Under the pieces are notes generated by a model. The model made no database searches. It was not told the DNA's origin and saw only the letters and a list, made by a program, of their open reading frames with translations. Of a stretch of 64,000 nucleotides of DNA, positions 1-14,900 are shown piece by piece (position 1 is the first letter of the stretch; each line of letters begins with the position of its first letter). The translations under genes were made by a program, and so were the position numbers. Origin of the DNA: Camelus dromedarius (taxonomy: Eukaryota); assembly GCF_036321535.1 (NCBI RefSeq), contig NC_087437.1, positions 70,992,001 through 71,056,000 on the forward strand, read 5' to 3'.

Positions 1-510
1 AAGGGGAAACAAACCCAGAGAGATGGAAACACTTAGAAAGCCCAGGGTCACAGGGATAATAGATGGTCCAACCAAAACTACGTGCATACAAATGACATAA
101 ACATAGATGCTATGGAGGGAAAGATGACAACTGTGAAGAATCCATTGATAGTCATATTAGAAGGGTGTGAAAATAAAAAGCCATCATCAGTGACCTTGCC
201 TTGAGGAAATATACGCTCTAAGAAGGCAAAAGTTCCAAACAGCAAGAGCATTTTAACACAGACAAAGTTTCAACTTCCTAGCAGCCAAAATACCATCTGG
301 AACCTAAGAAGGCACACTTCCCATTAAAGGTGACAGGTGGACCTGTTTTAAAAGTTAGCTGGCCGGCCTATCACAGCCTCTAGAAAGTGTACCAAAAGCA
401 CGAGGATGACAAAGACCAGCTTGAGTTTCAAGCATGTTTACAGCTGACAGAAACGTTCCAACTAAAAATAACGTGCATGACTGTCTTTCTCAGGGAATCT
501 CTCATTACAA

Positions 511-533
511 AAACAAACAAACAAACAAACAAA
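511..533 (+). repeat. (AAAC)n microsatellite
   Basis: Directly visible. Confidence 0.9.
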
Positions 534-899
534 CTACCTACACAAACACCACACATAGACTGAACTCTTCATTTAAGAACAAGTCTTCCCTAAATTCCCA
601 AATCTTAGCCTAAAAGTGAAACCCTTCTCTTCTCATCCTGCAGTCCTAGGGCTCATGTTGTTTCATCAGTGAGAAAGAAGGGAAAGGAAATTGGAAGAGA
701 GCAGAGAGGAGAAGGAACTCGGCCAAAACATTAGTAAATAACTAAAGGAAAGAAGTTCAAAGATCAGTAAAATCGGTTTGGAAATTTGTGGAGTAATTTC
801 TAAACCAAACAGCCATTTCTTAGGATCCTGAACTTCAGACCATATTTTTCATGTTTACAAACACAACAAAAAAGCTTTCTGATGAGTTAAAGTTTCATA

Positions 900-1100
900 A
901 AACAGATCACGAACATAAAGCGCTAACCCGGAGCCTGGCGCGTAGTAAGCACGTAGTACCTGCTGATTGTTTTCATTGCCATTATCACCACGACACATCA
1001 AACCTCTTCTGTTTCACGATGGAAAAAGTGGAAACACAGTCAAGGCACATATTTTAAATGGCAGTTAACTCAGATTCAAGAACTAGATTTCCTACCCTGA
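900..1100. mobile_element. Degenerate MIR fragments in the last ZBTB20 intron
   Basis: GCCTGGCGCGTAGTAAGCAC resembles the MIR terminus, followed by a decayed core-like segment. Confidence 0.35.
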
Positions 1101-2266
1101 TGCATCGTCCAGATGTTGAAATATTACCCCAGAGAGTTTCAAAGGCTTTGAGCTTTGGGCTGGGTTAGAGAAGAGAGCATAGACAGACTTTCTTCTCTGA
1201 GGTGGGTGCCTCCAATGGGCAGTCAGCCATGAGGTGGGAGAGATGGAAACACCTTATTGTAGTTCATCTCACCCGCCAAGAGCAGAGCAGAGAACAAACA
1301 GCACCAACAAAAACAAGCCTCTGTTCATCCAGAGAGATGTTACAGGCCTGTGGATATTACTTATAGCAGAATATCTCATGTGGTCATTCAGTGACAATAT
1401 TCTTATTTATGTTACAGATTTTAGCAAGCTTGATTGTTTGGTTTCTAAGCCAATAGCAAATCAAAGCAGTAAACTGAGGAGAAAAAAGGGTTTCAGCCAA
1501 CACACTGAGAGCAAGGAAAGAGAAAACTATTTTTAAAATTGACTCAAGAGTTCAAAAAAAAGCGTATGGAACCATTTAATGGGGGCTGGGGAGGCGGAGA
1601 ATTAGTCTTATAATAAGAACACCGTGCAAGTATTCCCACTCCACTCTTGGTGGTCTGCAAAGTGATTTCATATGTATTTTATGTCAACACCAGCACAGTG
1701 AGGTAAGTAGAACTGTATACCTCAGAGGCATTTGGAGATTTGTCAGAGTAGCATGCCCTGTGTTGGTGCCTGCATTTGAACAGGACCATTTGACTCTGAG
1801 ATCATTGTGCTGTCAACCACCTACTCAACCTCCACACCAGACGAGGCCAATACGCAACTCAGTGCAGTCCAGGCAGAATAGCCAGTTGACTCTCTTAAGT
1901 TACATTTTAGGAAGATTTCTGTCTAAAGTAGATAACAATCAAAGGCATAGCTCTTCAGTAGGACTTACTCCCACGTTAGCCAATATTTTACAGACCTATA
2001 ATCAAGGCATGAGTGCATTTACTAGACAAAATACTGAAAGTGGAGACCGTCCCCAAAGAGCCAAGCATTGTGACCACCGTCCTTTGTTTCCAAAGATCCT
2101 AGAAACCCCCATGTCTCCAAAGAAATTTTCTCTCTCGTATTTCTTATATTTGTTTGATAATGTAAATGGCAAACCCACAGTGAAATTCCCTAATGATGGC
2201 ACTGAACATGATCCCTTTAAAGTAGCACTCCCATTTGTCCACAGAATGACCTTGGAAGACTTCTAA

Positions 2267-2953
<687 letters not shown>

Positions 2954-5900
2954 GTAGTATCTTTCTCTCTTTCTTATGAACAAAACAACAAAAAAAGAAA
3001 CAAACAAAAAAAAAAAAGCTATGGCACTAGAATTTAAGAAATGTTTTGGTTTCGTTTTTACTTTCTGTTTTTGTTTTTGTTTCGTTTCATTTTGTACTAC
3101 ATGAAGAACTGTTTTTTGCCTGCTGGTACATTACATTTCCGGAGGCCCGGGTGAATAATGCTTCTCCCAGCCTCCCTCAGATGGTGGCCTTAAGGCCTGG
3201 TAGTGCTTCAGGAGGTCCACTGGTTGGATCTCTAGCTACTGGCCTCTAAATACAACCCTTCTTTACAAAAAAAAAAAAATCTTTAAAAAAAAAAAGTAAA
3301 AAAAAATTTTTTTTTTCACTTGTGAAGAGCACTACAAAAATATATAACAAAATCTAAAAGGCCTACTGTCTTTAAGTACACCGCTTGCAGTGTTTCAGTG
3401 GACATTTTCACAATTCTGGCCGCTTGGACTTCACAGTAACCAGTTAAAACTGTGGAATATCACTTTCTGGTTGAGAACCCAGAGGAAAGGCCCTGCTGTT
3501 TTCCACCTACCACATGGTCTGATTTCATACAAGGGCTGTGGGGGGTGGGAAGGGGCGTGGGCTTGGTGGTGTGGGAGAGGCAGACGGCAGCCTTCTCCCC
3601 CTGGTTCTGCAGGGTCCGCACACCCTGGCCCACCTCCTCCCCACCCCTCCTTTCAGCAGAAGCCAGGAAGACCTGGACGAGCATCAAGCAACAGTGGCTA
3701 TCGTATTTATTCAGTGTCTTCGCTGAGCCACAGCCTCAGCACAATCAAGAGGGACTTTCATGAAAGGCAGGAATGCAGATAAAACAAAGATATCAGAGGT
3801 TTGCACCTATGTTTCTAGGTACAAGAGAAGGATTATTTCCAACAATCTTTGCAAAAAAAAAAAAAAGTGTCAGGATATATTCTTGTGGAAGAGAAAAAGA
3901 AAGAGAAATGGAGGGTGGGGGGAATAATGAAAAGTTCTTGAGGCTTTTTTAATTCAAAATTTTATAGAGGGGCAAAAGTGACGTTTACCAGATAGAATGC
4001 TGATTTTTTTAATATATTTACAACAGTATTTGTGTAAAAAAAAAAACAAAAAAGTGAGATTGTTAAAAGTAATTTTTTTTTTCATTTTGGTTTTGCATAC
4101 ACTGCCACCAATCCCTTCTCTTTTATTTTATTTCACACGCATATATATATTTTTTGGTAAGTCAAGACTGTTAAGGTTAGCGATACTGCTTCCAGATAGA
4201 AAGAATAAAAGGCAATTAAAGTTATATTTGAAAGAGAGGAAGGATATTTTCTTCATATTTTTTTAAATTTTTCTTAATTTTTATTATTTTAAGTATTGCC
4301 TGGGTTGTTGAGGGCCTCTGGCCAGCCCATCCCTGCTGTAATCTGAACTGCTGCTTTGTATTTTGATATGTAGTTCTTTGACTTTTAGCAAGCTTAAGTT
4401 GCTCCACTGAATATTTGTTTTCAACTGATTCATCTAGAATTCTGTTCTTTTTCACGGGAGGAACTTTATCTTTCAGAAAAAGATTTCTTGCTTCTCTGAA
4501 AGTTCATTGAGATCTTAGGATTCTAGAATTTCTATTGACTTTTCTTTTTTTCTTTGATGAAACACTAGTAGTCTAGAGGTCTTGACAAATGGGTTCTTTC
4601 CTTTTGTGGTCAGCCGGGAGGAGGGGTTCACCAAACTCTGCCCTCCCCCCCTCCCCCTCCCCCTTCACAACTACAGAGAGCAGTGTTATCAGAAGCCTGT
4701 AGCAGATCAGGGTGTCTCGATGCCAAAATGACTTTCTTCCTTTCATATATCACCTTCTGACTATTGCCACCCTGGTCGAGAGGGCTAAATAAAATGATTG
4801 TTCTCTAGATGATTTATTAACCCTTGCTTTTTGGAAAAGTTTGAAAGAAACTAACAAAAATCTCCTGGATGCCAACATCCATCATGCAAAAGGCCACCAA
4901 TTCATTGCATCATCTTAGATGCCACTCTCTCTTCCTAGTTGGGATTTCTCTCCTCGGTCCTGATTAAGGTATCAGAATAGAGATTTTTCCATTATAGACA
5001 GTGTCCTGAAGGGACTCCAACTCAAATATAAGAATTCTTAAACCTAATGAAAACTCCACAGGTGATTTCATTGCTGGACGTATTTTAACACATTTAAGGG
5101 GAAAAGTAAATCTTTAAACAAAGCAGAAACACTAAACTACAATTTTAAAAAAAATGTATTTTAGTTTCAAAATTACTTTGCATTTTAATTTAATTTTCCT
5201 ATTAGCAATTTATTTACAATAACTGTGCAAGAAATGAGGTGAAGTCTTCCAAGGGAGGCAATTCTGTAATAACTAAATTGGTTTTACTCATACATTTTAG
5301 AATTGGTTAACTTGTATCTTTTCCATAAGTTCTAGGTGATGTTTAGTAGAGTTAGTGCAGCTGGAGTATATGTGAGTTTGATTTGGTCCATGGTCCTTAA
5401 CTCAGTAAATATTTTGCTAGAAGTTTTAACGTAGACTTGGATGATTAACTGACCATCAAGTATCACACCCATCTAAGAGGAGTCCTGCCAAGAACTATGT
5501 GTCCAAAGTTGACTTGTTTTAAAGGTTAGTGGGAAACAGCTTCAGAAATAAGAAACAGTCCATCTTCTCTTGTTAATTTTGCTTTTTTGAAATAGCAATG
5601 TGAAGACTCGAATATTTCCACTTACTACCAACAGAGGGAGCATTAGTTAATTAACCATGTTATACAATTTTGGTATTTTGAAAAACAAGTCATTCAACTC
5701 GTGCTATCAAAAAAAAATGACATTAAGAGAAAGATCTCTTTAATCTAGAGGGAAATGACATGAAATCGCTCAGCATATGTTACAAATGAAAGAAGGCCAA
5801 AAGCCACTTTAAAATATTTTGAATTATTTGACAGTAGCTGGTTTAAAATAGTGTCCTTATTCAAACCTTAGCAAAGTAGACAGACATTACAGCACCTCCA

Positions 5901-8900
5901 AAAATGTGATCTGGGGTGCCATTATGGGCCACATTCAACTATCTGCTGCTCAAATCTGAGGGAGACCCATTTGCCTTAATGCTGACTTGCCACGTACAAA
6001 ACTAAGCAATTGGGTTAAAATCCACCTTTTGTGACAGAACAAGTAGGAGGGAAAATGCCAGTTGGGTTTAACCCCAATATTCATTCTTTCCCTTCAAATG
6101 AAGTATCTTTTTTTTATTTTTTAAATGTTGGTGGACTCCCAAAGAATTCCTGGTGAGGTGATGTAATCATCATAACAACATGGACTATCCAGGTCTGTAC
6201 AGCAGTAGAATTTTTCCTACTGTGTGTCTGCTCTTCCCAAACATCTCAGAGTCTGAAATAGTTGATAGATTGTTCTCTAGAGAGAGGAAGCAGCTAGACT
6301 GGGGTGGAAGAGCTCATCCCAGGGAGCAGTGAACGTGCTGTGGAACCTTTACTCTGCTCTCTGGCCTCTGAAAGGGCTGCTTTGACCTACAGTCTGTACC
6401 TATTTCAAAAGGAAAGAGATGCTTTTAGATTGGCAATCCTAACTTTTAAATTAAATAATCACCAATATCTTAGGAATAGAGAAGCATTTTGCTTCAAGAA
6501 TAGAAGATGAGCATGAGTTCTTTCTTTTTTGTTGTTGTTGCTTCAAATCCAACAATCTTCTTTCATTTAGAACTTTATGCTAGGATGCTATGAGTGCTAA
6601 AATAATTTTTTTTTAATTCAGTAGCCAGGAAAAAAAAAAAATAGATGAAATGGAAGTAAATGTTCCAGATTTAAGACCTCTTAGGATGAGTACAGGGAAC
6701 AAGAGCTGGTACGGAAAAGTGTTGTTGTTTTTCTTTTTAACAATTTATGATTTAAAACTGGATTAGCTAGACAAGGGAAAGGAAAAATGTCAAAGGGGAA
6801 TGTTTATCTCAAGACATTTAGATATAGTTTCTGAAAAATAAAATTTCTTAGCACTAAAAACATTGGTAGCATCTCAAAGTGGGCAATATTTCCCCTATTA
6901 ATATAATAAATGCCAATCTTTGTATCCCTAAAGACCCCAAATGTGTAAAATATAGCCCCCCAAAAGGAGGTAATCGGGACACATGGATCTGATATAAATG
7001 TACACATGGAAAAAGACTGAGAAACAAGCCAGGCCAAAAAAAAAAAAAGTCTAAAATGGAAGTCTCTATATCAAAATATTTCTTACCGTACAGTTTGAGT
7101 TGCAAACTTTAGCTCCTAGTAACAGTTATGTAGACTTTTTCTTTGCCAGATCCCTAACGCCCTGAATCTGCTTGTGCCCTGAGTCAGTGCAGTGGGTCAT
7201 TTCCTGCTGCTGCTCTCGCTGAAGCCCATTCCTTCTTCCTCGGCATCTCGGCATCTCAGAGGTCACAGTAGCTGCCGGCCTTAGAAAGAAAGACTTAAAT
7301 GCGCTTTGTTTAAAAGTCATGGGGGATTTTATTTTGTATCAGGCCAACATTCTGTAAGGACCAAGAAAACTTCTTTCAACCCATGAACAGTTAGAATCTG
7401 TGCATTGTGATATGAAGAAAAGAAAGGTTTCCTCTGGTGGTGTTGGTTTCACATAAGCCCTAAATCCATCACCTCCCTGTATCTCCATTGTAGCACACAC
7501 CAAAGGTGCGCCCCGCTCAGACCCCAAATCAGTGTTTTCCCTCAGCCCAGAAGTTGCAAGTGAGGCTTGCGCGTTATAAAATCCCTCAGCGCCTCCGAGA
7601 GAACATAATAAGGGTTCGCACTGCATCCTCGGTGTGGCTCCCTCATGACACTCCCAACACCTGTTGCCCTTAGGAAAGAGGGCAGTGAGATAGAGCTGCC
7701 AGGGTTCACCCTAGCTCTGCCCGTTCTGCAGCCTTCCTCTGTTGTTCCAGAAGACGTTATTGAATCAGTTGGGGCTGGGCGCAAAGGATGCTTGATTCCG
7801 CAGCGAAGGTTATCGCCTCTGCTCGAATGACTCTGCTACCACCAGGGTGCAACCGCGGCAAAAACAAACAAAACCAAGGCCTAACGGAAAGCCGGCACAA
7901 CCTGAGATGACCTTGGGGTTTCAGAGAAGGGAGTCCCCCTTTCTGTTGTGACCTGACTCTTAAAAGAAATCTTCTGAAAGAATTCTTTAATTTAGTCCTG
8001 AGTTGAAGTCCAGGGTACTGGGAGCCCTGAGGAAGAGAACAGAAGGACTGCAAAAATGTATTCAGCGCCCAATAATGCGGAGCCAAAAACCATCCAGTCG
8101 CAACACGAGGAGGTTTGGCAAGAGGTATTGAGAGAAATCTCTGGGCTTTTCCATGGGTAGGGTCGACAGACTTTCTTTTGAGTGATTTCTGGCTCTGAGA
8201 AACCTCTTTACTCACTATAAAAGAACTTTATTTAAATGGCCAATTTTGTCCCCCTAGAAAAAGAAATTTTATAAAGAGGAAAATAGGACACTAAAGACAG
8301 AACCATGTGACTTGGTGTCAGACAAAAGGAAGGGCGAACTAGAATTTCAATAGACTCCCTATTTCCACACAAAAGAAACAAGGCAACCACCCAGTGCCTG
8401 TGGGCCTGCAGCGGGTGAGGGGGAGCCCCCAGCTGACCCGCCGCCGGGCTCCCCGGCCAGACGCGCCCTCCTCGCGGCGGGACGGCAGCAGCTGCTTTCT
8501 CTTCTGTGTTTCCATGAAGAGGGCGGCTGTTCTCGTAGGTGCCCAGGAAACAGATTACGTGGGGCAAACTTTCAAAAGCAGTCTCCACCCTGGTGCTCAG
8601 GCCACAGATGGAGACAGAAAAGGGGCACAGAGGAGCTCTGGCTCTAGAGAGAATATTTTCTTCTTCCCAAGAGCTGTCTGTGGAGAGTTGCCATTTAAGT
8701 GACACCACTTAAACTTCCCCAAGAAGGAAAGCTGTGGTGACTCAGTGTTCCCATAAACACCGAGCCTGGAAACTATTAACCCAAAGCATCATTTCTAGCA
8801 CCAGGTATTAAGATGATCAGACTGACCAAAATACCCCAAAGATTTTTCTAAGTCTCAATTTTTTTTTTTTCCTCCTGGAACACTGAATCTGTAGTGGTCA

Positions 8901-11900
8901 GCGGTGCAGATGAACAGATCCCAGAAAATGGCGTGGGACACTAGGGTTGGTTTCTGTTCTTTTTAGGGTGAAGAGGTAGAAGATGAGGGCTGTGGGGCAT
9001 GCGCTCCTTTTCAGAACCATGTATGGCACTGAACTAGAGGTAAAAACGCCCTGGTTCTGGAAACAAGAAACATCATTCTTCCACACCGCTGACTAAAACG
9101 CCGGGATTCCAGTGGTTCCTCAGGCCTAGCCTGTTGCTCCCAAAACTGAATACTTTCAGACTAAACCTAATCTGAAGTGACCTCAGTTTAAGGTGTTTTC
9201 ACAGGAAGCCACTTATAGCAAAGAATGACTGCCTTAAATCAGAAAGCCCAGGGAAGAGAACAGAAGGTAGAAAAATTGGAAGGATGTGAAGACATGGGCA
9301 TTTCTTGCTTTTTAATAGTTGCATTATCACAAAAACGAGCTCTGTTCATGACTGAAGGCTTCGTGACTTTAGGGGTGGGGGAGGGGAGACACCAAACTTG
9401 TCCGAAACGGGCTGCTCTCAGGAAGTGGCTGCTATTTCCTATCCCATTGCAGTGACATAGGTCTGGGCTGCATGTAAAAAGACATCATATTAGCTAAATA
9501 GTGAGTCCCATGAGACATGATCACAGGTGCCTGGGATGCCAGTCTTCATCATTTCCTTAACAGGGGGAACAATCTCAACAAAAAGCTTTCGTTTCCTGTA
9601 CAGTGTATAGCTCTAAACTTTTTTCTCAGTGTCAGTGAGCATCTGGTTTATCGGGTGGTTCTTTGTTTAAATGCAAACTCACAAGTTTCAAGTCTTCAAT
9701 GAGGGAGCACAATCTGCAGATCATAGGGAAAAATCTAGCCACAGTTCTGGTAGTCCTGGCTTTTGAGATACCTAATTAGGGTATAAAAAGTCCCTAACTA
9801 GCCCTCTTTCAAATTCAGAGGTTTCCTTGATTCAGAATGCTTCAGTGAAATTCTGATACACCCAAGATAGGAAAAAAAAAAAAATTAACCCCATAGGAGA
9901 CATCTGTTTCTACTACTGTTGCAACAGAAGTTTGTTACTGCCCTGCAAAATCATTGCAATTTATATGTAGATTCTAGTAATGAAAGGGACTTAACCCATC
10001 TAGTATGTCACAGCTGCTGTCCAAAACGCCTGTAAATGCATATACATTATGCATGTATGCACGTGGTGTGAGGTGCTCTCAGTACAAAACTACTCCCCAT
10101 TCATATTCCCCAGTGACAAGAGAGAGTCTGGAATTTCTAGTTAGTCAGAGGTCTCACCTATCTCACAGATCTGCTTCTGCTCTCTTGCCTTAGTTGGGTG
10201 CATTCATGCCGTCCACTATCTGCGGTGAGGCTTTAGGGCATTCTGAAGGAGCCCAACCATCAGTAATTTCTATGTACCCCTTTCTTGAGAAACTTGAACA
10301 TGCTTGTGTGGAGTAGAGTGCACTTAACAAACTGCAATTCTGCTGGATTTACTGATGTGTGTGTACGTGTGTGATTGTGCGTGTACTTGCAGTAGTCTGA
10401 GAGTGTGTGTGCATCTCAAAGCACACACAGGCATAGGCCCTGGTGCATAGATACAGTTGCCTCTTCCCACCATTGTGCTCAAGACTGGTGGCTCCCTTCC
10501 CAGGAAGCAGTCACCTGCCCACTCTGTTGCTTTTTGTAGTGTTTCAGAGTTGGGAGAAACAAAGGCAGCTTGTTGGATCCACAGCAAACCCACAGTGACA
10601 GGCTGTTTTCCTCCAGAAGAAGGTAGAACAGACGTACTTAACTGGCAAGTGGACAAGAGGGAGCAGCAGTCAGGTCTCCTGGCAGGGAGGGGGCACCGAG
10701 GCCAGGCAGGCAAGGCCCATACAATCTTTGGCCTGAGCCATTTCATGGCTTAAAGGCCGCCATTCCTTTCCTCTATGCAACCCAGTGTGTGCACCCAAAC
10801 ACCCACCCACTTGTAAGTTTTGCTCTCAAATGAAAGCTTCCTAATCCTGCCTGCATCTGCAGGAAACTATCATCATTTACAAACTGTGTCTCCTGAAACC
10901 CATGTGGCCTTTGCCGAAGTCTTTCCAGGAGTGGGTTGTTTACCATGTCTAGCAAACCAATAGACTCTCGGAAGAATATTTTTTGGTAATCTCTAAGAAT
11001 TGATGGCTCTTGCCCATCTCAGACAAAGTAGACTGCCACTCTGGTGTACTATTCTGAACAAATGAACCTGGCTCTTGGAGCTGACTCTGAAGGGTGGCCT
11101 GGAAATTGTCGGATTCTCACTCCCACACCCATCTTTTCCTAGATGGTTTATTATTTTTTATGACATGTAGATTATTTCTGCTAACTTACAGAATTCAGAG
11201 GACATTTTCTTTCCTCTTCTATTTTGGTGACTTTCCCTCCCCCCAACTAAGTAAGGCTACTTACAGTTGCAATCTTCTGTTATTCTTTTTTAAATATATA
11301 TATTATCTTTCTATATCCAAAAGAAGTCTGTGACTGTAACCATAGGTATTTCTTTTTACTGGAAAAAAAAAATGAGTTTTTTTTTTTTTTAATTAACAGT
11401 GCTAGTGACTTTGTGGAGGAATATGAGTTACTATTTAGGTATGCTTACTTAAGTACAGTACACTACATTGCAGTATTTCTGAAAGCTAGAACATACACAT
11501 TATATATAACAGCTCTATATTGAATTATATATTACGTTATATTCATTTTAACTTTTGAATCTGCCTATGATCATGAGTTGATTGAATTATTATTTCTTTG
11601 CATTTATCACCCATCACCAACCTGCTGCAGTTAATCTGGTGCATTTAATAATAATCATTACTGCTCTAGTTTGCTTTTTATATTATCAGCTTCAGTATTG
11701 TCCTTACAGGATTTTAGAATTTTTTTTTTTTTTTTTTTAGCACAGACTTAGCAAATGTAGGAAAGTGAAGATTTTTTAAAGAAAACTTTGGGGGTTTTTT
11801 TGGTGTGGCTGACACAAAGAGGTTCATAGTCAAGGTGATCTTGTTTAGCTGACCGTCTCAATATCTGAAGAACAAAAGAAGTGCGTATGAATGTATCTGT

Positions 11901-14900
11901 GATTTTCCCCTCTACAACTGTCACTGTCTATATTTGCTTTTAAAAATATGACCAAGGGGCTGCTTAACTTCCATATGATCTGACCAAACATTATAGGCTG
12001 CATTTCAAAGGGCTGCTCATCTGAGAAGCAGAAGGCAGTTAAATGCCTACTTGTTTTCAAACATTGATTTCTAATACTGGTTCTGTAGTGACTACTTTCT
12101 GTGTTCAGCATGCTTACAATTATTTTAACTAGTCTTCAGTGCTTCCCTGGAGGCGGCTTAGCAATATCATATTCATTTTCCTAGGAGATTTTTTTTAAAT
12201 AAAATCAGAATTTGAGAAACTTTTTCATGACAGCGACTGATACAACTAGAACTCAGAAATGAAGAGTTCGTTTTTTCAGTCTGCAGAATCCATAAAATAG
12301 TGGCTCTTGGGTATCTGGCCCTCAACATCTCCATTTGTCTGTAAAGGTGAGAATTTCTTTAACCAGGCCATTGTGGAAACATCCTGGAAATCAGGCATCC
12401 TGTCTTCCCAGCAAGAAATATTTTCAAATAGTATTTTTAGATTAAGCGCTTCTTCAGTTTCCCTCAGCTACGCAACCCTATGCCTGGAAAAGTCCTCCGA
12501 TAGGTCCACTTTACCTCCATCCTGGATGCCCAAGGCCAGTCTTGTTCTCTGGATTCCACACCCGGGTTAAGATGATAACAGCCGTTCCTAATACTCCGCA
12601 TGAGAGCCCTTCCCGCACGGAACCAATATTGAGGCTGCTCAGTGAGAATAACACCAGTTCCTTCCTTTCATCTTCTTGGTAGAGTTTTCCCTTCAAATAC
12701 CTTCCGCTTGTGCTGTGCGCCTCCAGCACGTCCGCCCCGCCGCTCGTCCAGTTCTGCTGGATGCCCTCCACCTGGGAAGCCCAGCACTCACTGAGGAACT
12801 AGCTGCCCTAATCTGCCTCGAAGGGGCTGGTATTGAGTCTAAAAGCAAAAGTATCGATCTGTTTCTCCAGAGTTTTCAACTAAATAAATTTCAGGCAAAC
12901 ATAATTGTGACTTGAGGGTTTGGGACGCTGTTCCCTTCCCAATGATCACTTAATACCCCAACTGTATCAGCGTCACTGTTTTCCTCTTTCTTTCTCCTAA
13001 CCCATTCTCTTTATTCCTTATTTCTCTAAAGAGAAACTTTAAATTACCTCTTCCTCTCCTCCCTGTCCTGAGAACTCTTATAATTATGACCCCTGAGGAC
13101 TAATTTCTCTCCCTTCCTCCTACTCCTTTCTGAATGTCCTTCTTTCAGCTTTATGTGGTGAAAAGAGCGTTGATGTGACTCGATGTGAGTTCATCGGCGT
13201 GAGACTCGTGGGCAGAGGGAAGCATCTTCACCATCCCCTCAGGTTTTAAAAGTTATCGATATTCTTTTGAGAGTGGGAGGACCTGAGTCACAGTTTTAAA
13301 TGTCAACTGTATTAGCTGAGGTCATTAATTCCTTTCACCTTCACATTTGGCCAAAGATAAAGAGACAAATATTTTCTGGTTTTTTTTTAAATACCACAGT
13401 ATTCAAATTCCTGATTTGAGCAGACATTTTCTGAGGGAGAAAAAAAAATCATCAGTGCTGACTCTTTCAACTCCTGCTGAAATTTAGCCAAATGACATAT
13501 TTACCAGATACTCGATGTAGGGAAATCTAATGAAAGGGGTAACATTTCAGAATAATTTTGATAACTGCTCAAGCCTTAGTGAACTATTCTAAAGCAAGTA
13601 AAGCCACCCAAACATTATCTTAGGCAACAATTAGGAAGAATTTCTTTCATTTATTGTCTTTTTCTAAAGATAATATGTTTTTCTAAAAAGAAAAACAAAT
13701 AATTATTGATTTAGAACTTTAAGCAGTAATTTACTGAGGGATGAAAAGAACTATAAAGTTTCTAAGGCATCTATTTTGCAACCAGATATTTTTAACATAA
13801 ACTTAATATGTGCTTAAATAAAATAACAGTAGGGCTGAGCAGGTACTTGAAGGGCCATGTAATACACTCCCCAGTGCCTCAGCATTCACCATGTAATACG
13901 ATCATCAAGCCAGATCTCATTTCAATGCAGTACAACTGTCTGGTTGCCAGAGCATCGCCCTGATCAGGTTCTGGGCTGATCCCCCTTTCCAGGCTGTTTA
14001 TGATGCGATCTTAACAACTCCGTAACACAGTCTTTCCTGACTCCCATTCCAACACTCTTACTGTATTACCGCATTGCCTCCTGACTCTCATGAGGACAAT
14101 TCTGGACAATTCTGTGGCATTTAGAGCACTCCCTGGTTTTGAGCCCAGTGGGGTATGCATTCATTTCTTGCTTTTCCCCTTGACAAACAGAAGCAACATT
14201 AATATCAGAAATGTATTCTTTTTTGTTGAAGTGTAGTTAATCTGAAATGTTTTCTTAATTTGACCTGAGGCTTGACCGAGCTTTTTTCTTAATCAAACCA
14301 GTTTATAACATCATCTCACACCAGAGACAGCAATGAAATAAAGAAAAGGGTCAAAAGCCTTCCTGAGTCACAAATCTACTAGGAAGCCCGCATTTTATAC
14401 AGCCAGTATTTGTGTTGCTCAGGACTGGGATCTTCACTTGGCATGTCCTCCCAACCATTCTTATCTCCTTCTCATCCTTTGTCCATTCTGACTCCCTTTT
14501 TTTTTTTTTTTTAAAGTATTCTTTATCCAAAGTACTCTTCTTCTCAGACATTGGCTTCTGAAAGAATAAAACACTCTCTTTTAAATCCTAAATACCACCA
14601 TTTAAAGTATGATTTGGAGGAGGAGAGGATCTGGTTCTCATAGGTCCAATTTGGTCCAATTAATCATAAGGATTCCTCCAGGATGCCTTCTTGACAGTGT
14701 TTCTTCTAGTTCCCTGAGAAGAGCTCTAACCCTGAGACCCAGGATTTCTCACCATCACCTCCGCATTAGTCTAGATTAGTGTCTAAATCCTGTTTAACAT
14801 TCTAGAGACTCCAGGATGTGAATTTCTTATTGCTTATGAGCCTCCTGCTTTTCTAAGCTGACACCTGTCAGGAGCACCAATAGCCCAAACAGTAACTAAT

